Below are positions 19,973 to 30,254 of a stretch of DNA of 64,000 nucleotides, in pieces. Made by a program: the position numbers and the translations under genes. Under the pieces are notes generated by a model, which was given only the letters and a program-made list of their open reading frames with translations, had not been told where the DNA came from and ran no database searches. The stretch's first letter is position 1; each line of letters begins with the position of its first letter. The DNA comes from an uncultured bacterium (GTDB lineage: Bacteria; UBA8481), in assembly GCA_964499705.1 (NCBI GenBank), contig CAZCME010000011.1, positions 1 through 64,000 of the forward strand. Direction: 5' to 3'.

Positions 19973-20169
19973 GCGATGCGGATCGACGATCGGAGTCGGA
20001 TTCGCATTCGCGGATTCATGATCACCCGATGCTGATGCTCAGTAAACGGGGGGACAAGAGGGGCTTATCGGCGACGGAAAACTCCCGCCATGCCCTCACA
20101 TGGGGAGCGGACCGTGCCGGTAACAATAAAGGCCCACGCCGGGTTCCTTGGGGAGCCCGGCGTATTTTT
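19973..20169 (+). ncRNA. Candidate structured small RNA (~197 nt)
   Basis: Starts at predicted sigma54 +1, three hairpins, AACAATAAA single-stranded tract, intrinsic terminator; no credible ORF. Confidence 0.6.
20136..20169 (+). terminator. Intrinsic terminator nearly identical to groEL terminator
   Basis: ACGCCGGGTTCC-TTGG-GGAGCCCGGCGT-ATTTTT. Confidence 0.8.
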
Positions 20170-20357
20170 CATCCGCATCCTTTTTTCCTGGAAGCGTTTC
20201 GCGTATGCTGCGAAGCGGACATGAGCTCACCACATGCAGGCAGGCGGACACTTCGTTGAAATTTCCCGATCGGGAAGATCTCCGGGCGACAGGCCGACAT
20301 GAAGCGTCAGACTCCTCCAGGCGAGCATGCTCTTCTCAGCTCGTCGAACGCGGGAGT

Positions 20358-21404
20358 GTGACCCGGCTCATCCTGCCGGTGCTGGTCACTCTCATTCTCG
20401 CACTGACACCTCCGGCGCACGCGGAGTTCGTGCGGGGAATCTACACGTTCAGCGCCTCGACCTACGACACGATCGTGTCCCTCGGCTTCAACATGGTCGT
20501 CAGCGGGCCCGCATGGGAAACGGAACTGGTCAAAGCGAGGCAACTCGGGTTGAAGGTGATCCCTTCCTGGTACGGGGATGACACGACGGCATATGATCTG
20601 ATGCGATCCCTGGATACGGATCCGATGATCATGGCGTGGTATCCCTTCGATGAACCGGACATCTACCATTATTCCAAGGAGGTTGTTCGCGATAAGATCG
20701 CGATCCTGCGCCGGAACAATCTCAAGAAACCCGTCTACCTGACCGTCTTCTCACCGCTGCACTACTCAACCTACCTACCCAGCGCTGATATATTCGGAAT
20801 CACGCCCTATCCGATCGGATCGAATCCCGAACGGATCAACATGGATATCGTCGGAAGGTACACCCGCCGCGCGAGAATTCTCGCCCCGGACAAGCCGCTC
20901 CTTGTCTGCATACCGGCCTTTTTCCAGCGACCATGGCAATACAGATCGCCCGATCCGGAGGAACTTCACAACATCGTGTACCAGGCTCTGACGGGCTATC
21001 CCGACGGTGTCATCTTTTTCATCTGGCAGGTCCAGAGCATGGACGGCGAGATCTGGAATCTCGACCAGCACCCCGATCTCCTGGAGGAAATGGGAGTCAT
21101 AAACAGCGAGCTGATCGAACTGGATGAAGTGCTGACGAAAGGCGAGCCGGTGCCGGACGCCACCGTATCGCCCCACACGGTCTACCAGCGCGTCTCCAGC
21201 CACAGGAACGCTCAATACTGGATCATGGCCAATCCGTACGCCGACCCCGTCACGGCGACTCTCGCACTTCCAGGAAAGGTCACCCATGCGCGGATCATGT
21301 TCGGGCGAAGAGCGGAGTTGGGTGACGCCCCGGACAGCCGAACGATCGCGGTGAATCTCGGCGCCCTGGGCTACGCGACCGTACGAATCGAAGCCGGCCG
21401 GTAG
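20358..21404 (+). CDS. Secreted glycoside hydrolase-like TIM-barrel protein
   Basis: Signal peptide ..PPAHA; LGFNMV, AWYPFDEPD, ADIFGITPYPI; GTG start inferred. Confidence 0.6.
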   Translation: MTRLILPVLVTLILALTPPAHAEFVRGIYTFSASTYDTIVSLGFNMVVSGPAWETELVKARQLGLKVIPSWYGDDTTAYDLMRSLDTDPMIMAWYPFDEPDIYHYSKEVVRDKIAILRRNNLKKPVYLTVFSPLHYSTYLPSADIFGITPYPIGSNPERINMDIVGRYTRRARILAPDKPLLVCIPAFFQRPWQYRSPDPEELHNIVYQALTGYPDGVIFFIWQVQSMDGEIWNLDQHPDLLEEMGVINSELIELDEVLTKGEPVPDATVSPHTVYQRVSSHRNAQYWIMANPYADPVTATLALPGKVTHARIMFGRRAELGDAPDSRTIAVNLGALGYATVRIEAGR

Positions 21405-21500
21405 TGAGAGAAGGCTCCGCAAAACCGGACTGAAGCGGAAGCCTCTTTCATTCGCCAACGCGATCCAGACTGTCGAGGTGAGCGGAAATCCGCTTGTCAT

Positions 21501-21585
21501 TGCCCGGGGCGGGATTCGAACCCGCACCTGCCTTTCGGCAAAGAGGATTTTAAGTCCTCCGCGTATGCCATTTCGCCACCCGGGC
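21501..21585 (-). tRNA. tRNA-Leu(UAA)
   Basis: GCCCGGG acceptor stem, GAGGA-CTTAAAA-TCCTC anticodon arm, long variable arm, GGTTCGAATCC T-arm; CCA not encoded. Confidence 0.95.
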
Positions 21586-21709
21586 CGGACCACGAGGAGT
21601 ATAGCTCATGCCTCTGGACAGGTCTCCGTCGATGAATGAAACCGCCGCTTTTCGTCACGGACCAGGATCTTGGCTTGCGAGGCTCTCATGCCGGAGCGAG
21701 AATGCCGGC

Positions 21710-22469
21710 ATGAAATATTTTCCGCTGGCTTGTCTCGGCTTCCTCGCGGCTTGCGCCGGTTCGGCCTTGCCCGATGATCCCGCTGTCGACACGCCCATCG
21801 TCCTTGCTCAGCAGGCCTCGACATTCCCGGCCGACTCGGCGCCCTTCTGTGCCGTCGGTTATTTTCCCGAATGGGCCGTCTATGCGAAACATTATACCGT
21901 CGACAGGATTCCCGCGGATTCGCTCACTCACGTCAACTATGCCTTCGCGAAAGTTCTCGCGAACGGTTCTGTGGAGGCCTGGGACGCCCACGCCGCGTTT
22001 GATCGGCCATCACGCGCCCATCCGCGGTACTGACGGACGGAGCATGACCGATGCTGTCCTCAGGTTGATCGACGCGGGTCTACCGCCGGATAAGATCGTG
22101 CCCGGTCTCCCGCTCTACGGTAGAAGTTTCTCGGGCGTGGACTCACCCGGCGCCATTGGATCCCCATTCGCGGGAGCCGGACCTGGCTCCACCGAACCGG
22201 GCGTGATCGATTACACGGATCTATCGGCATGTTACATCGACTCAATTTCCTATCAGTCGCGATGGGATTCCGCCGCGGAAGCATCCTCGCTTTACAGCGC
22301 GCGGCACCAGATCTTCATCAGCTTCGAGAGCGTTTCCTCCGCCGAGCGGAAGGTCGCATGGATCCGAAGCCGGGGCTTGCGGGGAATCATGTTCTGGGAA
22401 TTGTCCCAGGATTTCGGCGGGATCATCGGTTGTGCTCGTCCCTTCCCGCGTCGCCGGCAATCCCCTTAA
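21710..22469 (+). pseudogene. GH18 chitinase-like lipoprotein, frameshifted and internally deleted
   Basis: Frame 1: lipobox, VGYFPEW, LTHVNYAFA, stop at 22033; frame 2: KIVPGLPLYGRSF, GLRGIMFWEL; DxDxE catalytic segment absent. Confidence 0.75.
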
Positions 22470-22509
22470 GGACTGGATATTTTTCCTGAAGTGAGAAAGA
22501 CTGGACGCA

Positions 22510-24165
22510 ATGCCGACGGAGCCGAACCAGCAGGAACCTAGTGTAAGTCAGGATTCCGCGCCGGATATTCTGTCCGAACTTCTGCCGGCTCCTTCCCAGG
22601 AATCCTCCAAGGTCGAGCCACCGCGGCCATCCGTCCGGGGCACCGATACAATCTTCGTTCTCCTTTCCATCGTCGCGGGAGACATCCTTCTCTACCGCGC
22701 GCCGGGCATGACAGGCTACGCGCTCCTTCTCCTCGCGCTTCTCGCGGGTCTTCTGGTCTCCCGGACCGACGCGAAATTCACCTTGAACATGGCCCTGCTG
22801 CTCTTCTGCATTCCGCTCCTCATTCTCCGTTGCATCTGGCAGGCGGGTTTCTGGAGCGTCCTGTGGCCCGTCGTCCTGATCGCCGCGTTCGCGACGATCC
22901 AGCGGACGGCCGTGACGCACGCGCTCGAGGCTTCCGTGCACGGCATGATCTCACTCGCCTTCGGCTTCGTTCCGCTCCTTCAGCATCTTCGAAACGCGAC
23001 GCTGCGGGCGGGAGGTTCTCTCCTGAAAAAGCGCCGGGCCGGCGAGCTGCGACTCGACATCGCCCTCGGAGCCATCATCACGGCCGGCATCTTCGGGGCC
23101 ATCTTCACCGTGGCCAATCCGATCTTCGAACGGCTCCTGGACCGCATATTCCGGGATTTTTTCCATTACTTCGATTTCCTGCTTCCCAGTCCGACGCGAA
23201 TCCTCCTCTGGCTGCTGGTCGGCGTCTGCGCCGCGGGTCTGGCGAGCCCCGTCCTGTCACGCTTCCGTTTCCAGTTCGCGGAAGATGATCTTGACTCCGC
23301 TCCCTCGCCCCTTCCTTTCACCGGTTCCATCGGCTCGGTGGCGCTGGGTGTTCTCTTCGGAGCCAACCTCATCTTCCTGCTTAACAATGCTCTCGATACC
23401 GTCTATCTCTGGGGCGAGGCTCGTCCTCCCTCGGGAATCTCCTTTTCCGATTTCGCGCGTCGCGGCGCGGGTTGGCTCACGTTCGCGCTCTTCCTCAGCA
23501 CGGTCCTGATCGGCGTATCGACATGCCGCTCTGCGCTTCTCTCGAAGCAATCCCGCTGGATTCGCCGCCTGTCTTTTCTCTGGATCGCCCAGGATATTTT
23601 CCTCGCCGTCGGAGTCTATCGGCGCATCGGACTGTACGTGGGTTTCAACGGGCTCACGCCGATGCGGATCCTGGGGATCTGGGGAACGACGGCCGTCGCG
23701 GCGGCGCTTCTCGTCATGGCCGTCAAGATCCATCGCGAAAAGAACCTGGTCTGGCTCCTGCGGCAGTTCGCGGTCGTCTTCATCGCGGGCATGACGCTCT
23801 ATGCGGCCTTCCCCGATCAGCTCGCCTGCGCCCGTTTCAACGCGGACCAGGCCTTGAACGGCAATATCCGTCCTCTCGTCTGGCTCTTCGAGCAGGACAT
23901 CACGGCGGAAGGTTCCTCGGCGCTTGTGCCGTTGCTGCACCATCCGGATCCGGTCGTCGCGCGTGGCGTCTCCGCGATCCTGGCGGACCGGCTTTCCACG
24001 TGCGAAAAATCCAGAAACGAGAACTGGAGAAAATTTCAGGCTTCCTCGGAGGCGGCGTTCGCGACCCTCGATCCGCTCCGGCCGGGCCTCATCCCGGATT
24101 CCTCCGCCCGCGAAGCGCTCCGTTCCGCGGTCTGGATCTACCGGAACCATTCCTTCTATTATTGA
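22510..24165 (+). CDS. DUF4153/DUF4173-like integral membrane protein
   Basis: ANPIF, FARRG, RIGLYVGFNGLTPMRI; multiple TM. Confidence 0.75.
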   Translation: MPTEPNQQEPSVSQDSAPDILSELLPAPSQESSKVEPPRPSVRGTDTIFVLLSIVAGDILLYRAPGMTGYALLLLALLAGLLVSRTDAKFTLNMALLLFCIPLLILRCIWQAGFWSVLWPVVLIAAFATIQRTAVTHALEASVHGMISLAFGFVPLLQHLRNATLRAGGSLLKKRRAGELRLDIALGAIITAGIFGAIFTVANPIFERLLDRIFRDFFHYFDFLLPSPTRILLWLLVGVCAAGLASPVLSRFRFQFAEDDLDSAPSPLPFTGSIGSVALGVLFGANLIFLLNNALDTVYLWGEARPPSGISFSDFARRGAGWLTFALFLSTVLIGVSTCRSALLSKQSRWIRRLSFLWIAQDIFLAVGVYRRIGLYVGFNGLTPMRILGIWGTTAVAAALLVMAVKIHREKNLVWLLRQFAVVFIAGMTLYAAFPDQLACARFNADQALNGNIRPLVWLFEQDITAEGSSALVPLLHHPDPVVARGVSAILADRLSTCEKSRNENWRKFQASSEAAFATLDPLRPGLIPDSSAREALRSAVWIYRNHSFYY

Positions 24166-24170
24166 TCCGG

Positions 24171-26669
24171 CTACTCGTACAGTGACGCGAGAATCCTTCC
24201 GATCTTGCCTTCCAATTCTCTCTTCATCCGCGTTGCTTCGGGTATCGTGATGCGTTCCTCGATCTGGGGAGGATACGTGACGGATGTCAGGAAAGGGGGA
24301 TAGTACTTGTTGTTCTTTCGCGCGGCCTTGATGAGCTGCGCGACGAGCGAACAGGCGGAAGCCATGGCCTGGCGGTCGATCATGCGCGTGCCGAATCGCA
24401 CCGCCACGAAACCGCCATCCACAAGCTTGAAGCAGAGCTCGGACGCGGGATCGACCGTGAGATTCGCGGCGGGCAACTGAGCGAAGTGCCAGAGATCCTT
24501 GCCGGCGGGCCTGCGCTCGATCCGGTAGCATTCCACCGGAAGGCCCCGGGAGAAGCGGCTGATGTAGGACGCGTTCGACGCGAGGCTGTAGCGCGCATCC
24601 TCCTTCGCGCATGTCCACGCATCGCATTTACCCTGGTCGTCCACGAGGAGAAATCCCGCGCGCACTGTCCCGGATTTGTCGACGACGTCGAACTCGAAGA
24701 CCGCCTCGGCGCGGGGCCGGGCGCGCGTCATGATTTCGGAGATGAGCTTGCCGCATTCATCGGTCGGAACGCGCGCGAACTGGAATAACCCGCCGCGCCG
24801 ACCGACTTCCAGCAGCAGGTTCTCAGGCGAGTTCATGTCGAACGGAGCACATTCGCGGATGAGCACGTATCGCTGCTGATCCTTCAGGACGAACATCCGC
24901 GTTTCCTTCGGCGCGAGGGCCCCCGCAAGGACCGCGATCGTTTCCGCCGAATCAGGACCGGTCGCCGCATCGAGAAGAAATTCATACCCTGATTTCGCCG
25001 GAGGAACGGACAGGATCCACGCGATCATCGACGACAGGCCGCTCTCGCCCGAGAAGACGCGATACTCCACGACGTCCCAGGTCGTCCTCGTCATCACGGT
25101 CAACTGGCGCGTCGCCAGGTCCTTCGCATTGGACTGCTCGAAGACGATGAAGTGCCGATCCGGCGCGGAGGGGCGCTCCAGGGAATCCGGTGACGCTGAG
25201 AAATCGAACAGCCTTGAGAGCGCGTCGCAGATCTCGGGCACTTTTCTCGGGAAGAGATCGGTCGGCCAGCCCCTGATCTCGGTCTTGCCCTTCACAAGGA
25301 GCCGGTTCTTCAGGGCGAAGGCGATCAACGGCACGGCGGCGGGCGCGGTCTTGATGCCCTTCACGAGCGCGAAGATCGGGCGGCCGACGAAGCGCTGCAA
25401 TGAAAGCGTCCATTCCTGCGTGTCGGGATTCTGCACCATCGAGATCGACGGCTCTCCGCGCGAAGGAACGTCGGCGAATGTCAGGTTCTCGATCACCGGC
25501 CCGCTGCCTCCTCGCAGGACGATCCTGCGGGTCAGCAGGCGGAGCTTGGCGGGATTGATGCCGAGGCCTCCGTAGCTGCTGATCTCCCGGAGCGACGCCT
25601 GGAGATACTTCGCGATGAGCCCGGAAAACCGGATGCGCGTCTCGAACGGCCATTCGAAATATTGATCGAGCTTCTCGACCTCGATCGGCTTGCCGATCGC
25701 CTGGAAGCGGGCCGCGATCAGCCGATCGCGATTGCGACGGTGACGGTCCTGGGATGTTTCTTCGGCGACCATCTTCAAATAGAGAACCGTCTTCAGGAAT
25801 TCATGATCCTCCTCGGCCTTGATGGACTTGAAATATTCCCACAGGTAATCCAGCAGCAGCATGTACGAATCCGGAAGCATTCCGCTTTCCACGCGGTCCG
25901 CGTACACCTCCGCGGGTAGCTTGTCGTTCGGACGCGCGGCCAAGCGCCTGAGGAGCGCGACCTTCAGGGCGGACTTGAAGGGCTTCTGCAGGGCTTTCTC
26001 CAGCTGCGTCAGGCAGGCGGACAGGTACTGTTCCGTGGTGAGATGCGGGATCTTCCCGAAGTCGATCGCGAGCGGCTCCGTGCTGCCCCACGCGAGCGGT
26101 TCGAGTCCGGCGGCGTACACATAGGTCCGGAGAAATTCATCCTTCAGGAGCGCTCCGAATTCGCCCGCGTTCTCCTCGTCGTAGCAGAACGTCGCCTTCT
26201 GGATCTCGCCGAGGTCATGGATGTAGAAATGAATTTCGAGGCCGGCATACTGCATCGCCCAGTTCTCGATCGCGCGGAGCTTCGTTCCGAGCTGCTCGCG
26301 CTCCAGCGTGGAGATCGCCTTGGCGGGGTGAATGAGCCAGAAATCGACGTCGGAGGCGGACGTGAAGCAGACGCTGCCGACCGAACCCATCGCGTACAGG
26401 CCGAGGAAGGTATTGCGGCGAGGAGGAACAACCGTGCCACGGAGCTCCGGGAAAAGTTCCGCCGCCGCCGGCATCGTCTCCGGGAGAAAGAACGCGCGGA
26501 TGAATCCGTGCGGTTCCAGCCCGTCCTTGCCTCCGGGCAGGGATGGAATGCTGTAGTGCAGCAGGGCGGGCAGCGCACAAAATGCTTTCCACTTCTGAGT
26601 GGTCAGGGATTCCTGGAGCGAAGCGAGCTTTTTGCGGTTGTGCGCGGCGAAGATATCGCGGTTCGGCAT
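24171..26669 (-). CDS. cyaA: Class I adenylate cyclase
   Basis: YAMGSVGSVCFTSASDVDFW, LLKDEFLRT, KPFKSALK, LYLK correspond to class I cyclase conserved blocks; start inferred. Confidence 0.8.
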   Translation of the reverse strand: MPNRDIFAAHNRKKLASLQESLTTQKWKAFCALPALLHYSIPSLPGGKDGLEPHGFIRAFFLPETMPAAAELFPELRGTVVPPRRNTFLGLYAMGSVGSVCFTSASDVDFWLIHPAKAISTLEREQLGTKLRAIENWAMQYAGLEIHFYIHDLGEIQKATFCYDEENAGEFGALLKDEFLRTYVYAAGLEPLAWGSTEPLAIDFGKIPHLTTEQYLSACLTQLEKALQKPFKSALKVALLRRLAARPNDKLPAEVYADRVESGMLPDSYMLLLDYLWEYFKSIKAEEDHEFLKTVLYLKMVAEETSQDRHRRNRDRLIAARFQAIGKPIEVEKLDQYFEWPFETRIRFSGLIAKYLQASLREISSYGGLGINPAKLRLLTRRIVLRGGSGPVIENLTFADVPSRGEPSISMVQNPDTQEWTLSLQRFVGRPIFALVKGIKTAPAAVPLIAFALKNRLLVKGKTEIRGWPTDLFPRKVPEICDALSRLFDFSASPDSLERPSAPDRHFIVFEQSNAKDLATRQLTVMTRTTWDVVEYRVFSGESGLSSMIAWILSVPPAKSGYEFLLDAATGPDSAETIAVLAGALAPKETRMFVLKDQQRYVLIRECAPFDMNSPENLLLEVGRRGGLFQFARVPTDECGKLISEIMTRARPRAEAVFEFDVVDKSGTVRAGFLLVDDQGKCDAWTCAKEDARYSLASNASYISRFSRGLPVECYRIERRPAGKDLWHFAQLPAANLTVDPASELCFKLVDGGFVAVRFGTRMIDRQAMASACSLVAQLIKAARKNNKYYPPFLTSVTYPPQIEERITIPEATRMKRELEGKIGRILASLYE

Positions 26670-26765
26670 TGTGGGAATTATCGGAGATGACTCCCGATTT
26701 TTCAATTGTGAATTGCCGCCCGTCTGGCGATAATTTGTCCCAGCGGTCCGCGATCGCACACCATC

Positions 26766-27611
26766 ATGCTGAACCGTCAGACATTACTCCATGCTCTCCT
26801 CTTCACCCTCGTCTTCTCGTGCACGCTCGCCTGGTCGCTCCCCCTGGATCTCGTCGCATCCCGCTTCGTCTTCCAGCGCATCGCCAACTCCACCGGCGTC
26901 ACCGTCTCCGCCGAATCCGTCCGCTTCGGCCTCCCGTTCTCGCTCGTGCTGCGCAACGTGTCGCTCTCGTCGACGACCCGGAAGAGCATCCTTCCCGACA
27001 AAATCCCCGAGGCGCGCTTCTCGCCTTCCCTCCAACTGCTGCGGGGAAAGAAGGACGGCCGCGTCGAGATTCAATTCCCGAGCGGATCGTTCCACCTGGA
27101 GGCCGATGACGGTCTGTTCCGATTTTCTGGAACCGATCTCGAGGCCTCCACGATCAAGTCGCTCTTCGGATCGACGGGATGGTCCTTGAAGGGAAGGTTG
27201 AATTTCTCCGGCGAGTTCAGCGGAAACGATCTCCAGACGGGCGCGGGAAAACTCGATCTGTCCCTGAAGGACGCCCTGCTGTCGAAGACCAGGATCATGG
27301 GCATGGAATTGCCCGATCTTCTCTTCGGCACGTTCGACGGGAAATTGAAGATCGAGAAAGGACGCATGGATATCGTGGTGGCGCGTTCGACGGGCGGAAA
27401 TCTCCAGCTCGATCTGTCCGGCGGAATGACGATCGCGAAACCCTTCTCTCAATCGGTCATGGGACTGACAACGAAGGTCGCCACGACACCCGCCTTCGAA
27501 TCGGCGCTGGGACCCGTTTCATCGCTTATGGCGAAGGCGAAGAAACCGGACGGATCGATTCTCATAGGGACGGACGGTCCGATGGCGGCTGTGACGAACA
27601 GCTTCCGGTGA
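26766..27611 (+). CDS. gspN: Type II secretion system protein GspN-like
   Basis: N-terminal TM ending in LP, beta-rich body, LPDLLFG, LDLSG. Confidence 0.6.
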   Translation: MLNRQTLLHALLFTLVFSCTLAWSLPLDLVASRFVFQRIANSTGVTVSAESVRFGLPFSLVLRNVSLSSTTRKSILPDKIPEARFSPSLQLLRGKKDGRVEIQFPSGSFHLEADDGLFRFSGTDLEASTIKSLFGSTGWSLKGRLNFSGEFSGNDLQTGAGKLDLSLKDALLSKTRIMGMELPDLLFGTFDGKLKIEKGRMDIVVARSTGGNLQLDLSGGMTIAKPFSQSVMGLTTKVATTPAFESALGPVSSLMAKAKKPDGSILIGTDGPMAAVTNSFR

Positions 27612-27639
27612 AGGGAATAACGACTTATTTGTAGTCATT

Positions 27640-27700
27640 AATTTGAAATATCGAATTTGTAATTTTCATCTATGCATGATTCATCCCATGACAGATGAAA
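27640..27700. repeat. Degenerate heptamers (AATTTGA AATATCG AATTTGT AATTTTC) plus TTTCATCT/AGATGAAA hairpin between convergent genes
   Basis: AT-rich gap; read directly. Confidence 0.5.
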
Positions 27701-27706
27701 TATCTT

Positions 27707-29011
27707 TCAGCCCGCGGCGACGGCGTCTTTCTTTGTGACCAGCGCTTCCAGCACGTCCATGGTGATCGACTTCGGACGGAAGATGGGGGCTCCGAGCGCC
27801 CGGGCGAGAACGGCCTGCGATGCGACGCCGATCGTGCGGGAAACGCCGAAGAGGACCGTGTAGAAAGGAAACTCCGTCATGCCGTAGTGATACAGGAGCG
27901 AACCGGAGACGGCGTCGACGTTCGGCCACGGATCCTTGATCTTCTTCACCTGCTGCAGGACGCCGGGCACGATCTCGAAGACCTTCCGGACGATCTGGAA
28001 AACGGGATCGTCATGGAGAAATTTCTTTCCGAAATCGTAGAAGGCGTCGAAGCGGGGATCGGTGATGCGGAGCACGGCGTGGCCGTAGCCCGGGATGACA
28101 TGCCCCGCGTTCAATGTTTCCCACGCGAACTTCTCCACCTGCTCGTCCGTCGGCACGCCGTTGAACTTCTCATGAACCATGAGGATCCACTTGATGCAGT
28201 CCTGGTTCGCGAGACCGTGGAGCGGGCCGGCGAGGCCGTTCAGGCCCGCGGCGAGGCTCAAATACAGATCCGAGAGCGCGGAGTTGACGACGGCCGTCGT
28301 CATCGCGCTGACGTTGGCGCCTTCGTGGTCGGAATGGAGAACGAGATAAAGCCGGATGAGGTCGGCGAACTGGCCGCTGGGATCCTTGATGCCGAGGAGC
28401 CGGGCGAAGTTGAGAGACAGCGGAAGCTTGAGGTCGCCCTCGATGCGCGGCCCTTTTTCATAGTGGATCCGATAGATCCCGGCCGCGATGACGGGAACGC
28501 GGGCGACGAGGTCGAGGCAATCTTCCAGGGTTGTGATCCAGTAATCTTCCTTCTTCGCGCCGTTTTCATAGGCGTTGCGGAATTTCGATTCCGGGGCCAT
28601 CGAGTTGATCGCGACGCAGAGCATCGTCATCGGATGCGAATTCCGCGGCATGGATTCCAGGATGTCCCAGACGTAATCGGGAACCTCGCGGCGCGCCGCC
28701 AGATCCTCGGTCAGGTTCTTCGCCTGCTCCGGCGTGGGCATCTCTCCGGTGAGGAGGAGCCACAGGGTTTCCTGCGGGGTCTTGTCGACAAGATCGAGAA
28801 TGGGATAGCCGCGTACCGTGAGGCCGGTGTCGGGTTCGACGGAAGACGTGTCGCAGACAATCGAGCGGACGCCGCGCATGCCGCCGCAGATCTGCTCGAC
28901 GGTCACCTCGGAAATGACGGTCGATCCGTGCGCCTTGACGAACTCCCGGGCGTGCGTGCGCATTCCAGGAATCAGTTCCGCAAGCCTTGCCGCCAGCATT
29001 CCCATGGTCAC
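27707..29011 (-). CDS. gltA: Citrate (Si)-synthase, eukaryote-type
   Basis: GGMRG, LHSDHEGANVS, NGLAGPLHGLANQ, PGYGHAVLR, WPNVDAVSG. Confidence 0.95.
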   Translation of the reverse strand: MTMGMLAARLAELIPGMRTHAREFVKAHGSTVISEVTVEQICGGMRGVRSIVCDTSSVEPDTGLTVRGYPILDLVDKTPQETLWLLLTGEMPTPEQAKNLTEDLAARREVPDYVWDILESMPRNSHPMTMLCVAINSMAPESKFRNAYENGAKKEDYWITTLEDCLDLVARVPVIAAGIYRIHYEKGPRIEGDLKLPLSLNFARLLGIKDPSGQFADLIRLYLVLHSDHEGANVSAMTTAVVNSALSDLYLSLAAGLNGLAGPLHGLANQDCIKWILMVHEKFNGVPTDEQVEKFAWETLNAGHVIPGYGHAVLRITDPRFDAFYDFGKKFLHDDPVFQIVRKVFEIVPGVLQQVKKIKDPWPNVDAVSGSLLYHYGMTEFPFYTVLFGVSRTIGVASQAVLARALGAPIFRPKSITMDVLEALVTKKDAVAAG

Positions 29012-29137
29012 GTCTCCTCTAGATGAATTCGTTCGAAGACTACCATAAATATCGAAATTGATAAGCGGAATCGGCTCAAAAAAGTCGAATCAGTCGGTTC
29101 AAGGTCCTGATTTCTCTTCGCGTTTACGGATTCGGCA

Positions 29138-30106
29138 TCATCCCTTTACAACGCGGGTTCCCGTCCTGCCGTTCAGGGCATCGTGAATTTTATCCGTGGA
29201 TGTGATGATTACATCAGGTCCGCCCGACTCGATGCAATGAACCGCGGCCTGGATCTTCGGCCCCATGGATCCCGGAGGAAATTGTCCCTCCGCCAGGTAT
29301 TTTTTCGCGTCGGAAACGGTCAGCGTGGACAGGCTCTTCTCATCCGGCTTCCGGAAATTCACCTTCACCTGCTCGACGCCCGTCAGGATGACGAAGAGAT
29401 CCGCCTTCACCTCCAGGGCAAGAAGCGCGCTGGCGATGTCCTTGTCGATGACGGCTTCCACGCCGACGAGATATCCCGTCGCCGCGTTCCGCATCACGGG
29501 AATTCCTCCGCCGCCGCACGCGACGACCAGCGTTCCCGAATCCATCAGCGTCTTGATCGCACGCCTCTCGATGATTTCCTTCGGCCACGGCGACGGCACG
29601 ACGCGCCGCCATCCCCGGCCCGAATCCTCAATCACAACCCATCCGAATTTCTCCGCGCGTTCCGCGGCCATCTCCGGGGTCATGAACGATCCGATTGGTT
29701 TCGTCGGTTTCTTGAATGCGGGATCGGACGCGTCGACGATGCAACGGGTGATGACCGTGACGACATCGGCGTCGAGATTCTGCTTCTCCAGGACGTTGCG
29801 CATGACCTGCTGCAGCATGTAGCCCATGCCACCTTGTGTGTCGGAGACGCAGGTGTCGAGGGGCAGGGGATAAATTTCGTGCTGGGAAAGTTCCACGCGC
29901 CGCAGGAGATTACCGACCTGGGGACCGTTCCCGTGCGTCAACGCCACGACATGGCCGTCCGCGACGATCTTCGCGATCTCGCGGCACGCCTCGATCGAGT
30001 TGGCGAACTGCTCCTGGATGTTGCCGACCTGCTCGGCCTTCTGAATCGCGTTTCCTCCGAGCGCTATGACGAACTTTTTACCCACAGTATCCTCCGAATG
30101 GGCCAT
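29138..30106 (-). CDS. arcC: Carbamate kinase
   Basis: IALGGNA, THGNGPQVG, PTKPIG, RRVVPSP, EAVIDKD, GSMGPK. Confidence 0.96.
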   Translation of the reverse strand: MAHSEDTVGKKFVIALGGNAIQKAEQVGNIQEQFANSIEACREIAKIVADGHVVALTHGNGPQVGNLLRRVELSQHEIYPLPLDTCVSDTQGGMGYMLQQVMRNVLEKQNLDADVVTVITRCIVDASDPAFKKPTKPIGSFMTPEMAAERAEKFGWVVIEDSGRGWRRVVPSPWPKEIIERRAIKTLMDSGTLVVACGGGGIPVMRNAATGYLVGVEAVIDKDIASALLALEVKADLFVILTGVEQVKVNFRKPDEKSLSTLTVSDAKKYLAEGQFPPGSMGPKIQAAVHCIESGGPDVIITSTDKIHDALNGRTGTRVVKG

Positions 30107-30254
30107 AGGCCCGTAGCGATCATGATAGAAGGCAACCGGGAAAAGTGAAAGAATCTTCGCGACGATTCCACGGGCGCGGGCGAAGCGGAGGAGAGGCGGG
30201 GCGAAGAGCGGCCGGAACGGAGCGATCGGAGCAGCGCTCGCTGAGTTCCCTGTT

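Noticed and set aside
19972-20040. Fluoride riboswitch (GGCGATG...GCTGATG)
   Set aside because: Pseudoknot pairing is absent and the segment folds into a different long hairpin; no crcB-type gene downstream
20104-20148. Group II intron domain V (GAGC...CACG..GGTTC)
   Set aside because: Stem geometry does not match, the 3' part belongs to the terminator, and no RT/maturase is present
16263-21501. Genomic island integrated at the tRNA-Leu 3' end
   Set aside because: No duplicated tRNA 3' end and no integrase seen
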